Position numbers and translations under genes: made by a program. The notes beneath the pieces were generated by a model. It saw nothing but the letters and a program-made list of their open reading frames with translations. It ran no database searches and had not been told where the DNA came from. A DNA stretch of 64,000 nucleotides from Candidatus Hydrogenedentota bacterium (GTDB lineage Bacteria; Hydrogenedentota; Hydrogenedentia; Hydrogenedentales; CAILVY01): NCBI GenBank assembly GCA_029565395.1, contig JAKQOG010000048.1:206-64205 (forward strand). The letters are read 5' to 3'. Positions 10,701 to 20,639 of the stretch are shown piece after piece; position 1 is the stretch's first letter, and the number at the start of each line of letters is the position of its first letter.

Positions 10701-13700
10701 CGGAACTGCTGCGGATGCTGCAATTCTTTTATGCCCCCGACAGCGCTTACCATGTGAATACCAATTCCCCCGACGGTTTTGCGTCTGGACCTCCGGCAAC
10801 CCCAAAAGTCAGCAGAGAAATCTTGTCTCCTGCATGCCAGCCCGGACAAACCGTAGATGTTCGTGTAACCCTCGATTGGTCAGAACGGCCCGTTCCTCCT
10901 GTATCCGCTATCGAAATACACGAAGTTATCCCTGATGGATACACATTTGTTCAAATACTCAATGCTCCTTCCGGGTACTTTATACAAGCACCGGCGATGG
11001 GCAGTTCCGGGGCCATCACGATCAACTGGTATTCCGCGGCGGCACCTGAGGCGCCAAACCTTCCTGTAAATCTTGATTACCGGCTGCAAGCGCCGCCGGA
11101 TCAGATTGGTATCGTGCATCTGCATGGCAGCAGTACATTTGCGATCGATGATTTCAATGTAACCTCGCAGGACACGGACTCTTTTACGAGTGCCTTGCAC
11201 GTGGATCAGCGGAATACCTCCGGAGTGGAAAACGGACTATGCTGGGAAACGGCATTCACCACGATTCAGCCTGCCATTGATCGGGCAACAAATTTCGGCG
11301 GCGGAGATATATGGGTGGCCAAGGGGACGTATAGTGAAGTCCGCGGCAATACAGCCTCTCTTGGTTCGCTAGTGCTTCTGAGCGGGGTAAACCTCTACGG
11401 TGGTTTCTCTGGCGTGGAAACCAGGTTGGACGAACGGGATAGCGAGAAAAATCTTACGATAATAGACGGACACGCCTCCAGGCTCTCCGGGTCAACTGCA
11501 TACCCCGCCTATCACGGGGTGTTTGGGGAAAACCTGACCAACGCGACATTGGACGGATTTGTGATCGCTGGAGGAACAGGGGGTGATTCAGGAACAAATA
11601 CCTATGGCGGGGGCATTTATCTGGCCGCGTCAGATAGTACGGTCTTGTTGAATTATCTAACCATTTGCAATAACATCGCGCCTTATGGCGGGGGCATATG
11701 CGTGGATGGCGTGTCTCCCCGTATTCAAAATTGCCGGATTATCAATAATACGGGTAGCTCTTCTGGCGGGGGAATATTCATTAAAACGGGTGAACCCACC
11801 TTCGAGAATCTCTTGCTGCTCAATAACAGAGGCGGTAATGCCGGGGCGGTAGATATTTACGCCAACGATTTCCCAACCTTTCACAATGTCACCATCGCCG
11901 ACAACTGGTCCTCCGTTGCTACCGTGTACGATTCGGGAGGAAGCACAGGACGTCCATCACTGGTGAATGCCGTGTGGGATCTAAACCACAATTCATCTGC
12001 TTCCAGCAATGTTGACGTAAATGGAAGTGTCGGCGTGCAGTATTCTCTGGCTCCGCGTGTCATCAGCGGTGATGAGAACCTTACCGGGCATGCCCTGTTT
12101 CGCGTGTTGAGTCATTCCGTCTTTACAGCCACTCCATCGTTTGATACAGAGACATACCGCACTACATTCTTCGACGACACCCAATCATTCATTCCCGGCG
12201 CGTTGGCAGGGGGTATTGTCCAAACATACGACAGAAAGACTACCGAGCATGGCAATTACTTCGTCATCTTGGACAACACGGAAACCGCCTTCTCCGTATT
12301 TGGAGATCAAACAGGATACGGATGGACTGGCGATTGGTATTGTTTCCTTGATGGGAGCATGGAGAAGAACTCTCCCGCAGTTGATACCGGAAGTTCTTGG
12401 GTGGGCATGCCCGCAACAGATTACCTCGGCCAGCCGCGCGGATATGACGGCGATGGGCTGGGCTGGGTTGACTTTGGGCTTCGAGACTTTGACATGGGCT
12501 TTCTGGAATACACCGGCCAGCCTTGGGGCGAGGCCTTCTTCCCGGATCAGCAATTGACTTCGGCCGTTTTCAACGCATTGCCGGGCGTTGAGCACACGGA
12601 TGAGTTGCTGGCCCTGACAACACTGAATGCACCTTCCCAAGGTATTGCCGATTTGTCAGGCATCGAACATTGCATGAATCTTCAAACTCTGGATCTCAGC
12701 AACAATCCCATCAGCGACATAGAAATGCTGTCCGCGCTGACCTCCATCGCGTATCTGGATCTTCATGACAACCGGGTCACAACAATAGACGCCCTGCTTG
12801 CCAATACGGGCATCGGCGGCGATGACGTGGTGGACCTTCGCGGCAATCCTTTAACGCAGGATGCGGTCTGCAACGGCATTCCAGCCCTTCAGGCGCGTTT
12901 CAATAACCCGGACAACGTACTCTACGATCAATGGTGCGGACCGCAGGCGCGGCTTACCCTCCAGATCGTCGGTGTAGGTTCGGTAACCCCGAATGCGGGA
13001 ACCACCGTGTACCATCCTGGGGATCATGTGCGTGTGTATGCCGAGCCCATTGATGGCAGCGGATATGCATTTAAGGAATGGAGAGGGAGCTTTTTTACCA
13101 GCAATCATGTTCTCGACTTTGCGATAACCTCGGACATAACCCTCACCGCCTATTTTGTGAATTCCGGGTATCAATTTCACATCCTCCATATAGAGCGCGC
13201 AGGAAACGGCGAAGGGACCATTCTGCCAGGCGAGGGTTCTTTCACGTATATCGCCGGCCGCAACGCCCCCATCAGCGCCACCCCTCAAAATGGCAGCGGC
13301 TTTGGCGGGTGGACTGGCGATCTGAACAGCTTGCGTTTAAACGAGAATGTGGCTATGAACGCCGACAAGGCAATTACCGCAACGTTCATGCAAGGAGGCA
13401 TACCGCTCACGCTAAGTGTCTCCGGACGCGGCGAGATTAATCTCCCCACGGGAACGTTCTATTACGCCCCAGGCATTACTATTCCGCTTGTTGCGCATGA
13501 AACAGATACGCTCTGGTACTTTGATCGTTGGGAAGGCGCCATAAATTCTCCCGATCAGCAAATTGAATTCGTGCTGACGGAACCTGCCGCCATAACCGCT
13601 GTTTTCCGGCTCTATGAGCGCAGGCTTCGAATTCTGGCCTATGGCCGCCATGGAACAACGGATCCCTTGCCTGGTTTGCATGGGTACCATCAAGATGAAC

Positions 13701-15382
13701 AGGCTCAGATTTATGCATACCCAGAGTATTTTTTTTCCGGGTGGATGGGGGATCGCCATGGACGCGATAATCCTCTCTACATGGCCATGGATATAGACCA
13801 TCTGGTGATCGCATCCTTCGCCCGTACGAATGGTTTGTATCATTCAGCGGATGTGAACCATGACTGGTACATTGATTTAGAAGAACTTATGCGCGTGATT
13901 CAGTTGTTTAATTCCGGCGGGTATCATTGCCAGGAAGGGACCGAAGACGGATATGCTCCGGGTCCAGGGGACGTGGGTTGCGGGCCACACGACGCTGATG
14001 AGAATTGGGACGGGATAATAGGGCTGTCTGAAATGTTGAGAGTGGTTCAGTTTTATAATTCCGAGGGTTATCATATCGCGTTCGGCACCGAAGACGGTTT
14101 TGCCCCCGCCTTTTTGGGCGATGCCGGTCTGCTTGTCATCAGACGCGAAGCCGATCCACCGGTCTATGTTCCCGGACAGGGGGTAGATATCCACCTGTCG
14201 ATCAGTCCAGCCAATGGGCGCATCTATGACATGTTTGCGATTCAAATCAGGGAAGATCTTCCTCTGGGATGGAGTTATGTCGAATCCTCGTCCACGCCGG
14301 AAGGATTTTTCAGCACTATGCTGGCGCCAGGCGCCACGGGAAGCATTGATTTTGGCTGGTATTCAATCGATAATGCCACAATGCCTGACTTGCCGGTTGA
14401 ACTCACCTACCGGTTGCAGGTTCCCATGGATCAGACCGGCAGGATGACTATTTCAGGTTCCTGTATATCGGTATTCGATAACGACCATGTGTATACCTTG
14501 GGCATAGACCCAATCTATTTGGACCCGGCTGCCGAAGGAGAAGGCACTATCGAAGGAGAAGGGGTTATCGAGGGCATGCCCTTTGAAGGTTCCCCGGAAG
14601 AAGGGGAAGGTCTGATTGAAGGCGAAGGCGTTGCCGAAGGTGAAGGCGAAGGCGGCGCTGAAGGTGAAGGGGAGGAAGGCGAAGATGTCGTCGAAGGCGA
14701 AGGCTCTATCGAGGGCGAAGGCGAATTGCCGGTTTCCGTGCATAGCGCCGACAGCAATGGCGATGGCATGATCAGTCTGAGCGAATTTCTACGGGTACTG
14801 CAGTTCTATAATTCCGGCGGATATCGTTGTCAGCCGGGCACCGAGGATGGCTACGCGTCGCACCTAGGCGATACATCCTGTGTGCCTCACAGTTCCGATT
14901 ACCACCCGCAGGATTGGCAGATTGATCTGTCCGAACTGCTCCGGATGGTGCAGCTCTATAACGCCGGCGCTTATCATGCCTGCACAGATTCCGAAGACGG
15001 ATTCTGTCCGGGACCTGTAGAAACCGAAGGCGCCTGCGAAGGCTCGATCGAAGGTTCCACTGCTGAAGGCGAAGAAGGCGAGGGTGAATTTGCCGCCCAG
15101 ACGGCCGATCAGGATGGCGATGGCGTAATCAGCCTCTCCGAAGTGCTGCGGATGATCCAGTTTTTCAATGCTGGCGGGTTCCATTGTGAATCGGGTACTG
15201 AAGACGGATATGCCGCGGGGCCGGGGGATACTGATTGCGCATTGCATACCAGCGACTACCACCCGCAAGACTGGCGCATCAGCCTTTCCGAACTCCTCCG
15301 TACGTTCCAGTTTTACAATGCCGGTTGGTATCGCTATTGCCCCGGCGAGGGCACTGAAGACGGCTATTGTCCGGGAATATAG
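7724..15382 (+). CDS. Giant secreted protein: two copies of [beta-helix/PMP-like, LRR, InlB B-repeat-like domains, tag, beta-sandwich], then EGEG linkers and two more tags
   Basis: 2552 aa; signal peptide; 'GxSWxTAFTTIQPA.D...GG.(V/I)WVAKG.Y' twice; GGAI/GGGI motifs; LRR 'LETLNLSNNAISRL'; 'G.G.(V/T).P..G...Y...F..W.G' repeats; four dockerin-like tags. Confidence 0.9.
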   Translation: MRKQLCIAAIIGGWIVFFVYNPNASAGSNPPVYVSHNNASGNEDGASWATAFTTIQPALDNAAAAGGGEVWVAKGSYGEIRDNTGALGSLVLWSDVGVFGGFDGTEATIEERDPNTNLTIIDGSASRLEGQELAPAYHVVRGEYLSDVVLDGFIIGGGMNPYQTVADPGGGGIYLSGADATVVLEHLTLNFNSANLGGAIYLNNASPIIRNCRIVGNGAFDGGGLYLVNSSPRIENVLAMNNLAPPLFDNSGLGGDVYADAESSPLMVNVTLAGSIAKEGAIYSAMRDNTGPVLVNAAISYTSDMEHDVIHEDVAGDIQATYTLAQKQLPGEGNQSGRELFRISDYSVFTDDPVYDTATGHTTFFDRSKHFAPNSLVGTLLRVDTYGIPWYYVYTFVILENTETSITVFRDTDMAITAGTHYALLDGSMEKISPTVDTGASNGTPSHDYLGQARGYDGDGLGHVTGDGSDYDLGFLEYTGQVWGVAPIADQKLETAVLHVLPSVEPPIHTDEFLTVTELDASSQNITNIWGIEYGVNLETLNLSNNAISRLGALAGAHKLHWLDLHHNQITEISALLANTGLGGDDFLDLRGNPLTEETVCADLPVLQARFNDPRNLLYDQWCGPQARLTMTVIGIGTVSPEPGITVYHPAEYAHLSATPIAGSGYAFDHWEGSVSSDSPAVDLIMYSDKNIAAVFVNQGVETHTLTLLKVGDGQGDLSPGEGVFTYVEGHSVDINAVPVSGDVFGGWSGDFVSMNTSGTIVMDADKVITATFLHTYVTLDIAITGNGSTNPAPGTYYYAPGAQATLEALVTDPVWHFDHWEGGVDTPTNLHTTITLTQSASITAVFVQYERVLEIRAYGNGTTIPAPGLHGYNPGDAVQIQAIPGGGAAFSGWMGDLQGQETPASVTMEADRLVLAFFTNTDTSSLFHSVDTNHDWHISYSEMSRIFQFFNMGGDYHCEAGTEDGYFPGIGSHDCAPHDADYDPQDWRISLSELLRMLQFFYAPDSAYHVNTNSPDGFASGPPATPKVSREILSPACQPGQTVDVRVTLDWSERPVPPVSAIEIHEVIPDGYTFVQILNAPSGYFIQAPAMGSSGAITINWYSAAAPEAPNLPVNLDYRLQAPPDQIGIVHLHGSSTFAIDDFNVTSQDTDSFTSALHVDQRNTSGVENGLCWETAFTTIQPAIDRATNFGGGDIWVAKGTYSEVRGNTASLGSLVLLSGVNLYGGFSGVETRLDERDSEKNLTIIDGHASRLSGSTAYPAYHGVFGENLTNATLDGFVIAGGTGGDSGTNTYGGGIYLAASDSTVLLNYLTICNNIAPYGGGICVDGVSPRIQNCRIINNTGSSSGGGIFIKTGEPTFENLLLLNNRGGNAGAVDIYANDFPTFHNVTIADNWSSVATVYDSGGSTGRPSLVNAVWDLNHNSSASSNVDVNGSVGVQYSLAPRVISGDENLTGHALFRVLSHSVFTATPSFDTETYRTTFFDDTQSFIPGALAGGIVQTYDRKTTEHGNYFVILDNTETAFSVFGDQTGYGWTGDWYCFLDGSMEKNSPAVDTGSSWVGMPATDYLGQPRGYDGDGLGWVDFGLRDFDMGFLEYTGQPWGEAFFPDQQLTSAVFNALPGVEHTDELLALTTLNAPSQGIADLSGIEHCMNLQTLDLSNNPISDIEMLSALTSIAYLDLHDNRVTTIDALLANTGIGGDDVVDLRGNPLTQDAVCNGIPALQARFNNPDNVLYDQWCGPQARLTLQIVGVGSVTPNAGTTVYHPGDHVRVYAEPIDGSGYAFKEWRGSFFTSNHVLDFAITSDITLTAYFVNSGYQFHILHIERAGNGEGTILPGEGSFTYIAGRNAPISATPQNGSGFGGWTGDLNSLRLNENVAMNADKAITATFMQGGIPLTLSVSGRGEINLPTGTFYYAPGITIPLVAHETDTLWYFDRWEGAINSPDQQIEFVLTEPAAITAVFRLYERRLRILAYGRHGTTDPLPGLHGYHQDEQAQIYAYPEYFFSGWMGDRHGRDNPLYMAMDIDHLVIASFARTNGLYHSADVNHDWYIDLEELMRVIQLFNSGGYHCQEGTEDGYAPGPGDVGCGPHDADENWDGIIGLSEMLRVVQFYNSEGYHIAFGTEDGFAPAFLGDAGLLVIRREADPPVYVPGQGVDIHLSISPANGRIYDMFAIQIREDLPLGWSYVESSSTPEGFFSTMLAPGATGSIDFGWYSIDNATMPDLPVELTYRLQVPMDQTGRMTISGSCISVFDNDHVYTLGIDPIYLDPAAEGEGTIEGEGVIEGMPFEGSPEEGEGLIEGEGVAEGEGEGGAEGEGEEGEDVVEGEGSIEGEGELPVSVHSADSNGDGMISLSEFLRVLQFYNSGGYRCQPGTEDGYASHLGDTSCVPHSSDYHPQDWQIDLSELLRMVQLYNAGAYHACTDSEDGFCPGPVETEGACEGSIEGSTAEGEEGEGEFAAQTADQDGDGVISLSEVLRMIQFFNAGGFHCESGTEDGYAAGPGDTDCALHTSDYHPQDWRISLSELLRTFQFYNAGWYRYCPGEGTEDGYCPGI

Positions 15383-15404
15383 ACAGGTGTTTTTCGTTTC
15401 TTTG

Positions 15405-15478
15405 GTTGGCGCAGATTGATTCTGCGCTTCATAGAGTTCGATATTCAGTTTTTATGCGCAGAATGAATCTGCGCCAAC
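15405..15478. repeat. Inverted pair of REP-like palindromes between convergent genes
   Basis: gttggcgcagattgattctgcgc (15405-15427) and its reverse complement with 1 mismatch (15456-15478); each unit is itself a GCGCAGA/TCTGCGC hairpin. Confidence 0.8.
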
Positions 15479-15498
15479 TTGTGCTGCGCGCGTGGGTC

Positions 15499-16875
15499 TT
15501 ACAATGTCCAACCTTCCCGATAGGGCGGATTCAATAATTGATTGGCCTCTTCGTCGTTGGTGAAGCGCAGGGCTGCGCCGTCCCAATCGAGTTTGCGGTC
15601 TTTTAGGCGCATCGCGAGCACGCCCAGCAGCACCATGGTCGTGAGTGCGCCGCCATACTCAAAATTTGAGCTTGCGGGATTCCCATCCTTGCACGCGCGA
15701 ATCCAATCCTGCTCATGCGCGCCCTGACAATCCTTCACGCGGGGGATGGTCTTCGGCGGCTGTTTATAGTCCCGCATCAATTCTCTTGGCAGCAATTTAA
15801 GACCGCCCGCGCCATGCGAACCGTGCAAAATCGTCCCTTTCTCACCCACCAGCAGCGCACCGTTGCTGTCAAAACGCTGATTTGGCGCGAAATCCCTTGG
15901 AATCGGCGGCAGGAGCCGTCCGTCATACCATGTCAACGCCACTGGCGGCATTTTCCCCCGTGCGGGGAACTGATACCGGATGATTGCCGCGCGCGGATAT
16001 GTTTCCTCGCTCACTTCTTTTTCCCAATGCGTGGTGGTGGCCTCCACGCTCACGGGGTGGCCGAGTTTAAGGCCCCAAAACGCCGGGTCCAGAATATGGC
16101 ATCCCATGTCGCCCAATGGACCCGTGCCAAAATCCCACCACCCGCGCCATGTTAGTGGACAATAAATCGGATGATATGGGCGGTACTTCGCAGGTCCCAG
16201 CCACAAGTCCCAATCCAGTGTATCCGGCACCGGCGGCGTTTCCGCCGGACGCTTCATCACGGGAAAGGTTGACCATGGATCGCCGCCCACCGGACGGTCG
16301 CTCCAGGCATGCACCTCGCGGATGGGTCCCACCGCGCCATCTTCAATCCATTCATACAAGCGGCGGATACTGTCCGATGAATGCCCCTGGTTGCCCATTT
16401 GTGTCTGTACCTTGCATTCCTGCGCTGTTTTCATGAGGGTCTGCACTTCATACACGCTGTGCGCCAATGGTTTCTGGCAATACACATGCTTCCCCAGCCG
16501 CATGGCCGCCATTGCCGCCGCTGCATGCGTATGATCCGGCGTGGCCACGATGACCGCGTCGATATTCTTCGCTTCCGCCTCCAGCATCTTTCGGAAATCG
16601 CGATGCCGCCGCGCATTTGGATATGCCTTATACGTATCCCCGGCCCGCGCGTCATCCACATCGCACAACGCCACGATATTCTCCGTGCTGCATGCGTCAA
16701 TATTCGCGCGGCCCATTCCGCCAACGCCTATTGCCCCAATATTCAATTTCTCATTTGGGGACCGCTTCCCCGGAACCACCTGAGCGGTGTTGGGGCGCGT
16801 CGCGCACCCCGCCATAATTGCCGTGGCCGTCGCCGATGCCAAAAATGCCCGCCGGGAAAGTTCGCTCTTGTTCAT
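15499..16875 (-). CDS. Gfo/Idh/MocA family oxidoreductase, Tat-exported (possible lipoprotein)
   Basis: Start moved to MNKSELSRRAFL after AAAGGAG; twin-Arg motif and IMAGC; IGVGGMG, VATPDHTH, HVYCQKPL, GDMGCHILD motifs. Confidence 0.9.
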   Translation of the reverse strand: MNKSELSRRAFLASATATAIMAGCATRPNTAQVVPGKRSPNEKLNIGAIGVGGMGRANIDACSTENIVALCDVDDARAGDTYKAYPNARRHRDFRKMLEAEAKNIDAVIVATPDHTHAAAAMAAMRLGKHVYCQKPLAHSVYEVQTLMKTAQECKVQTQMGNQGHSSDSIRRLYEWIEDGAVGPIREVHAWSDRPVGGDPWSTFPVMKRPAETPPVPDTLDWDLWLGPAKYRPYHPIYCPLTWRGWWDFGTGPLGDMGCHILDPAFWGLKLGHPVSVEATTTHWEKEVSEETYPRAAIIRYQFPARGKMPPVALTWYDGRLLPPIPRDFAPNQRFDSNGALLVGEKGTILHGSHGAGGLKLLPRELMRDYKQPPKTIPRVKDCQGAHEQDWIRACKDGNPASSNFEYGGALTTMVLLGVLAMRLKDRKLDWDGAALRFTNDEEANQLLNPPYREGWTL

Positions 16876-17132
16876 GCACGGTTCTCCTTTGGTCAACCCA
16901 TAATAATAGCTTCTAGTATACTTAAAGTCCGGGCGCGCATGCAGCGGTTGTATCCCCAACCTTTTGGAGAGGCTCCTTGCCCAATTTGGGAACATGCCCC
17001 AGGATTTTTGTATCCGCGCACCCGGCTCATGATATACTTCGCTGTTTTACCGGGCATAATTAGAATAAATGAAACGGCGTACAGTTTCCTTGGGTCTAGT
17101 ACCTGATTGGGCTATTATCAAGGTGTTCATTT

Positions 17133-18545
17133 GTGGCTAAGGTACACTGCGGCATAGATTTCGGGACTTCCAACTCCAGTGTGGCGGTCGCCGACAGCCA
17201 TGGGGTTCGTGTACTGGAACTTGATCCTTTGAACGACGCCCCAGCCTCTTTGCCCTCGCTCCTGTATATTACCAGCGATGGGGAGCCGATTGTGGGCCGT
17301 GCCGCTGCGGCAGCTTTTATCGAACGGAATGTCGACCGGGAAGTACTCCTGCGCCAAGTGGATCTCGGGATTGCCATCGAAGGTTACGTAGGGTCGGAAC
17401 CGGATAAAAGCGAAACCTACCGCCCTGGCGTTATCGATCCTAATCTCCGGGAAGCGGTCCGCGCCCGCGCCGTGATTGAGGTGAACTCCCCGGGCCGTCT
17501 CTTTCAATCCTTGAAAACCCTCCTCCGCCATATTGCCTTCAAAGGAACGGAAGTCTTTGGCACCACCTATCAAATTGAGGAGCTCGTCGCCATTCTCCTG
17601 CGCCGTCTGAAAGCCGCCGCCGACGAGGCCGCAGGCGAATCCGTTGAACGTGTGGTGCTGGGGCGGCCGGTACAATTTTCGGAGCGCGCCGATGAAAATG
17701 AAATTGCCGAACGGCGTCTCTACACCGCCGCCCAACTTGCCGGATTCAAGGATATAGTCTTTTTTTATGAACCCGTCGGCGCGTGCGTGGAATACGCCAT
17801 GGCCACTGACCGGCCCCAGCGGCTCATGGTTGTGGATATCGGCGGCGGCACCTGTGATGTGTGCATTATGGAATTTGGCTCCGCGCATAATGTGGCGGAA
17901 CGCCTGGCCGAAAGCCGCATCCTGAGCGTAGCGGGCATCCCCGTTGCCGGCGATGCTATCGACCGGGAGATTATCCGCGACAAATTATTCCCTATTTTTG
18001 GAAGCCGTGCACGCTACGGCCCCTCCCAATTGCCCATGCCGCAGTATCTTTATAACAACATTCTCGACTGGCAAAACCTGTACAAACTGAACAACGAGGA
18101 AACCATCAACTGGCTCTTGGCCGCCGAAGCCTCCTGCAATTATCCCGAAGGACTGCGCGCGCTCCGGCTCCTCATTCAACGGAACTACGGCTATCCCGTG
18201 GCCCGCGAGGTTGAAGCCGCCAAAAAGCGCCTCTCTTCCTTGCTCGAAACAGACATCGATCTCCAAATGGATGCCTTGCACATTCAGGAACGGCTCGAAC
18301 GAACCGAATTTGCACACATTATTGAGCATACCCTCGAAAAAATGCTCCATAGTATCGAAGCGGCGGAACGGCTTGCGGATGTTACCCCGCAGAACATCGA
18401 TTTTGTGTTGACTACCGGCGGGACCAGCCTTATTCCCGCCATCCGCGCCATGCTCGAGGAACGCTTTGGACCCGGCCGAATCAAACAACGCGATACCTTC
18501 ACGAGCGTCGCCACCGGCTTGGCGATTGTCGCACAATTCTCGTAA
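17133..18545 (+). CDS. Hsp70 family protein (YegD-like, ATPase domain only)
   Basis: GIDFGTSNS, VVLGRPV, EPVGA, VVDIGGGTCD and TGGTSLIP motifs; 470 aa with no substrate-binding domain. Confidence 0.9.
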   Translation: MAKVHCGIDFGTSNSSVAVADSHGVRVLELDPLNDAPASLPSLLYITSDGEPIVGRAAAAAFIERNVDREVLLRQVDLGIAIEGYVGSEPDKSETYRPGVIDPNLREAVRARAVIEVNSPGRLFQSLKTLLRHIAFKGTEVFGTTYQIEELVAILLRRLKAAADEAAGESVERVVLGRPVQFSERADENEIAERRLYTAAQLAGFKDIVFFYEPVGACVEYAMATDRPQRLMVVDIGGGTCDVCIMEFGSAHNVAERLAESRILSVAGIPVAGDAIDREIIRDKLFPIFGSRARYGPSQLPMPQYLYNNILDWQNLYKLNNEETINWLLAAEASCNYPEGLRALRLLIQRNYGYPVAREVEAAKKRLSSLLETDIDLQMDALHIQERLERTEFAHIIEHTLEKMLHSIEAAERLADVTPQNIDFVLTTGGTSLIPAIRAMLEERFGPGRIKQRDTFTSVATGLAIVAQFS

Positions 18546-18588
18546 TGAAGCGCTTTCGTGCTACTCTGGTTGAAAAGACAACGTTGCC

Positions 18589-18981
18589 ATGGCATACCGG
18601 ATTCTCGACATAGCCTTCTTCCTCTTTCACTCCGCCTTCATCCTGTTTGTACTGACAGGTTGGATCTGGAAACGAACGCAGATACTCCATCTTGCCGCCT
18701 GCCTGCTCACCGCCTTGTCTTGGTTTGGACTTGGATTCTGGTATGGTTTCGGCTATTGCCCCTGCACCGACTGGCATTGGAAAGTCCGTGAACACCTCGG
18801 CTATACGGACATGCCGCAATCCTACATAAAATTCTTGATTGACGCGCCAACCGGCCTCGCTACCCCGGCCGCCTGGGTGGACGGAATAACCGTCGTACTC
18901 TTTTTTCTTGCCACCCTCCTTTCCCTGTGGGTGAACTTCCGCCACATGCGTCTATTTCGGAAAAAGCTTGACAGTAATTAG
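18589..18981 (+). CDS. DUF2784-like membrane protein
   Basis: 130 aa, hydrophobic; 'FHSAFILFVLTG', 'GYCPCTDW'. Confidence 0.75.
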   Translation: MAYRILDIAFFLFHSAFILFVLTGWIWKRTQILHLAACLLTALSWFGLGFWYGFGYCPCTDWHWKVREHLGYTDMPQSYIKFLIDAPTGLATPAAWVDGITVVLFFLATLLSLWVNFRHMRLFRKKLDSN

Positions 18982-19068
18982 AGTACACATTTATAGTTAT
19001 GACGCCGGAAGTTGCGGCCTGTGGGATAGTACAACCAGCATGATGTGCAGTGCAGAAGGGGATAATGC

Positions 19069-20508
19069 ATGCCGATGCAGGAAGGCGATGCCGCCAAGAC
19101 AGAAGGGAATGCTGCCGCACCAGAACTGAAACCGTTTCAGTTTCTGGTAAGCGATGACCGCATGACCTTGTTTATTGATGGGGAGGTTTCCGCGGAAACG
19201 CTGGACCGGCTTATCTCGGATGTATGCACGGAACTTGTTAAAATAGGCATTGGCGGCGGCGGCGCCCTTTCTGAAGCCGCGCGCCGGTTGCGGGAGGCCG
19301 TTCCCTTGGGTCCAGTGCTTTCCCATTATACCTTGCTTGAAGGAAGACGCCCGATTCCCCCCAAGGAAGCCGAAATTGTCTGGTCCGATGAATATTTCAA
19401 AACAGGATTCGTAGTTGATCCGGTCACGGGCGCCGTGGATTACCGGAAACGCGCGGGGCGGCAATCCGTGGCCGAAGGCGAACATCTTGCTACAATGATT
19501 CCCGCTCAACCGGGGGAGGACGGCTGCGATGTATACGGAAAAACCGTTCCCGCGCTCAAACCCAGACAATTCCGTGTCCGGGCCGGGGCCAATGTCCGGT
19601 TTGATGAAGAGGAAGGCAAATACTATGCCACCAGAGACGGCCGTATCCGGTATGTGGGCAATGTGCTCTCCGTGGACGATGTCTATACCATCACCGGCAG
19701 CGTCGATCTGAAAACCGGCAATATAAAACATCCCGGTGCACTGGTGATCTCGAAAAATATCGAGCCGGAATTCACTGTCGAGGCCTTGGGCGATATCGAA
19801 GTTAATGGTTATGTGCAAAACGCGGCCGTCACCACCAAAGGCAGCCTGATTGTGCATGGCGGCATTACCGGCGGTCCGAAAAGCCGGATCAAAGTGGATG
19901 GGAACATCCAGGCGAAATTCCTCCAGAGCGTGGAAATAGAGGCCGGGGGGGATGTTATCGTGGAGCACGAAATTGATCAATGCGTGATTAAATCCCGGGG
20001 AGCCGTAAAAGTCCCGCATGGCCGGATTGTCGGCGGTGTTATCATTGCTCTCGGCGGTGTTGAAATCGGCCAGGTTGGCAGCGAGGCCTATATCCGCACC
20101 GAGATTACCGCCGGAGAAGACTATTCGCTGAAGGCCATAGTGAGCGTCAAGGAAAGCGAATTGGAATCTCAGCGGAAGAGCCTTGCCAAAATCGCGGAAC
20201 GGCTCGCCCCGTTAAAGGAGCGAAGCAAATCCTTGCCCCCCAAACTTCGTGAAATGGCCACGATTCTGCTCAATGAGGCCACGAAAGTGAATGATTCCAT
20301 CCGGCAAATTGACGAGGAACTGGAGAGAGTACGTGAAGATTCCCGCTCCCGCATGCTTAAGGAAATCGTGATCCACAAGGAAATCTTCCCCGACGCGCTG
20401 TTCACCCTCCCCCCGCTCAACATGCCCATCAAGACCAGAGTCACGGGGCCCATTAAAATCGTAATCCGTGAAGGCGACATTGTCATGATCGCCAGCCATG
20501 CAAAATAA
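19069..20508 (+). CDS. FapA / DUF342 family protein
   Basis: 'GAVDYR...VAEGEHLA..IPAQPGEDG.DVYG', 'GSVDLKTGNI', beta-solenoid-like region, 'IVGG..IA' and a C-terminal coiled coil. Confidence 0.85.
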   Translation: MPMQEGDAAKTEGNAAAPELKPFQFLVSDDRMTLFIDGEVSAETLDRLISDVCTELVKIGIGGGGALSEAARRLREAVPLGPVLSHYTLLEGRRPIPPKEAEIVWSDEYFKTGFVVDPVTGAVDYRKRAGRQSVAEGEHLATMIPAQPGEDGCDVYGKTVPALKPRQFRVRAGANVRFDEEEGKYYATRDGRIRYVGNVLSVDDVYTITGSVDLKTGNIKHPGALVISKNIEPEFTVEALGDIEVNGYVQNAAVTTKGSLIVHGGITGGPKSRIKVDGNIQAKFLQSVEIEAGGDVIVEHEIDQCVIKSRGAVKVPHGRIVGGVIIALGGVEIGQVGSEAYIRTEITAGEDYSLKAIVSVKESELESQRKSLAKIAERLAPLKERSKSLPPKLREMATILLNEATKVNDSIRQIDEELERVREDSRSRMLKEIVIHKEIFPDALFTLPPLNMPIKTRVTGPIKIVIREGDIVMIASHAK

Positions 20509-20639
20509 TCAGCACGGCTATTTTTAGTGTATCCTGCCAGAGCCCTCCATGACTGTCTGGGGTTGTCCTTATTCTTGCGCCTGTCCCAGGGCGGGTATTA
20601 TTATTCTCAAGGAATTCCAACAACGATGCGAGGCGCACA

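Noticed and set aside
17133..18545. dnaK
   Set aside because: Too short, lacks the substrate-binding domain, and no dnaJ/grpE nearby; it fits a YegD-like Hsp70.
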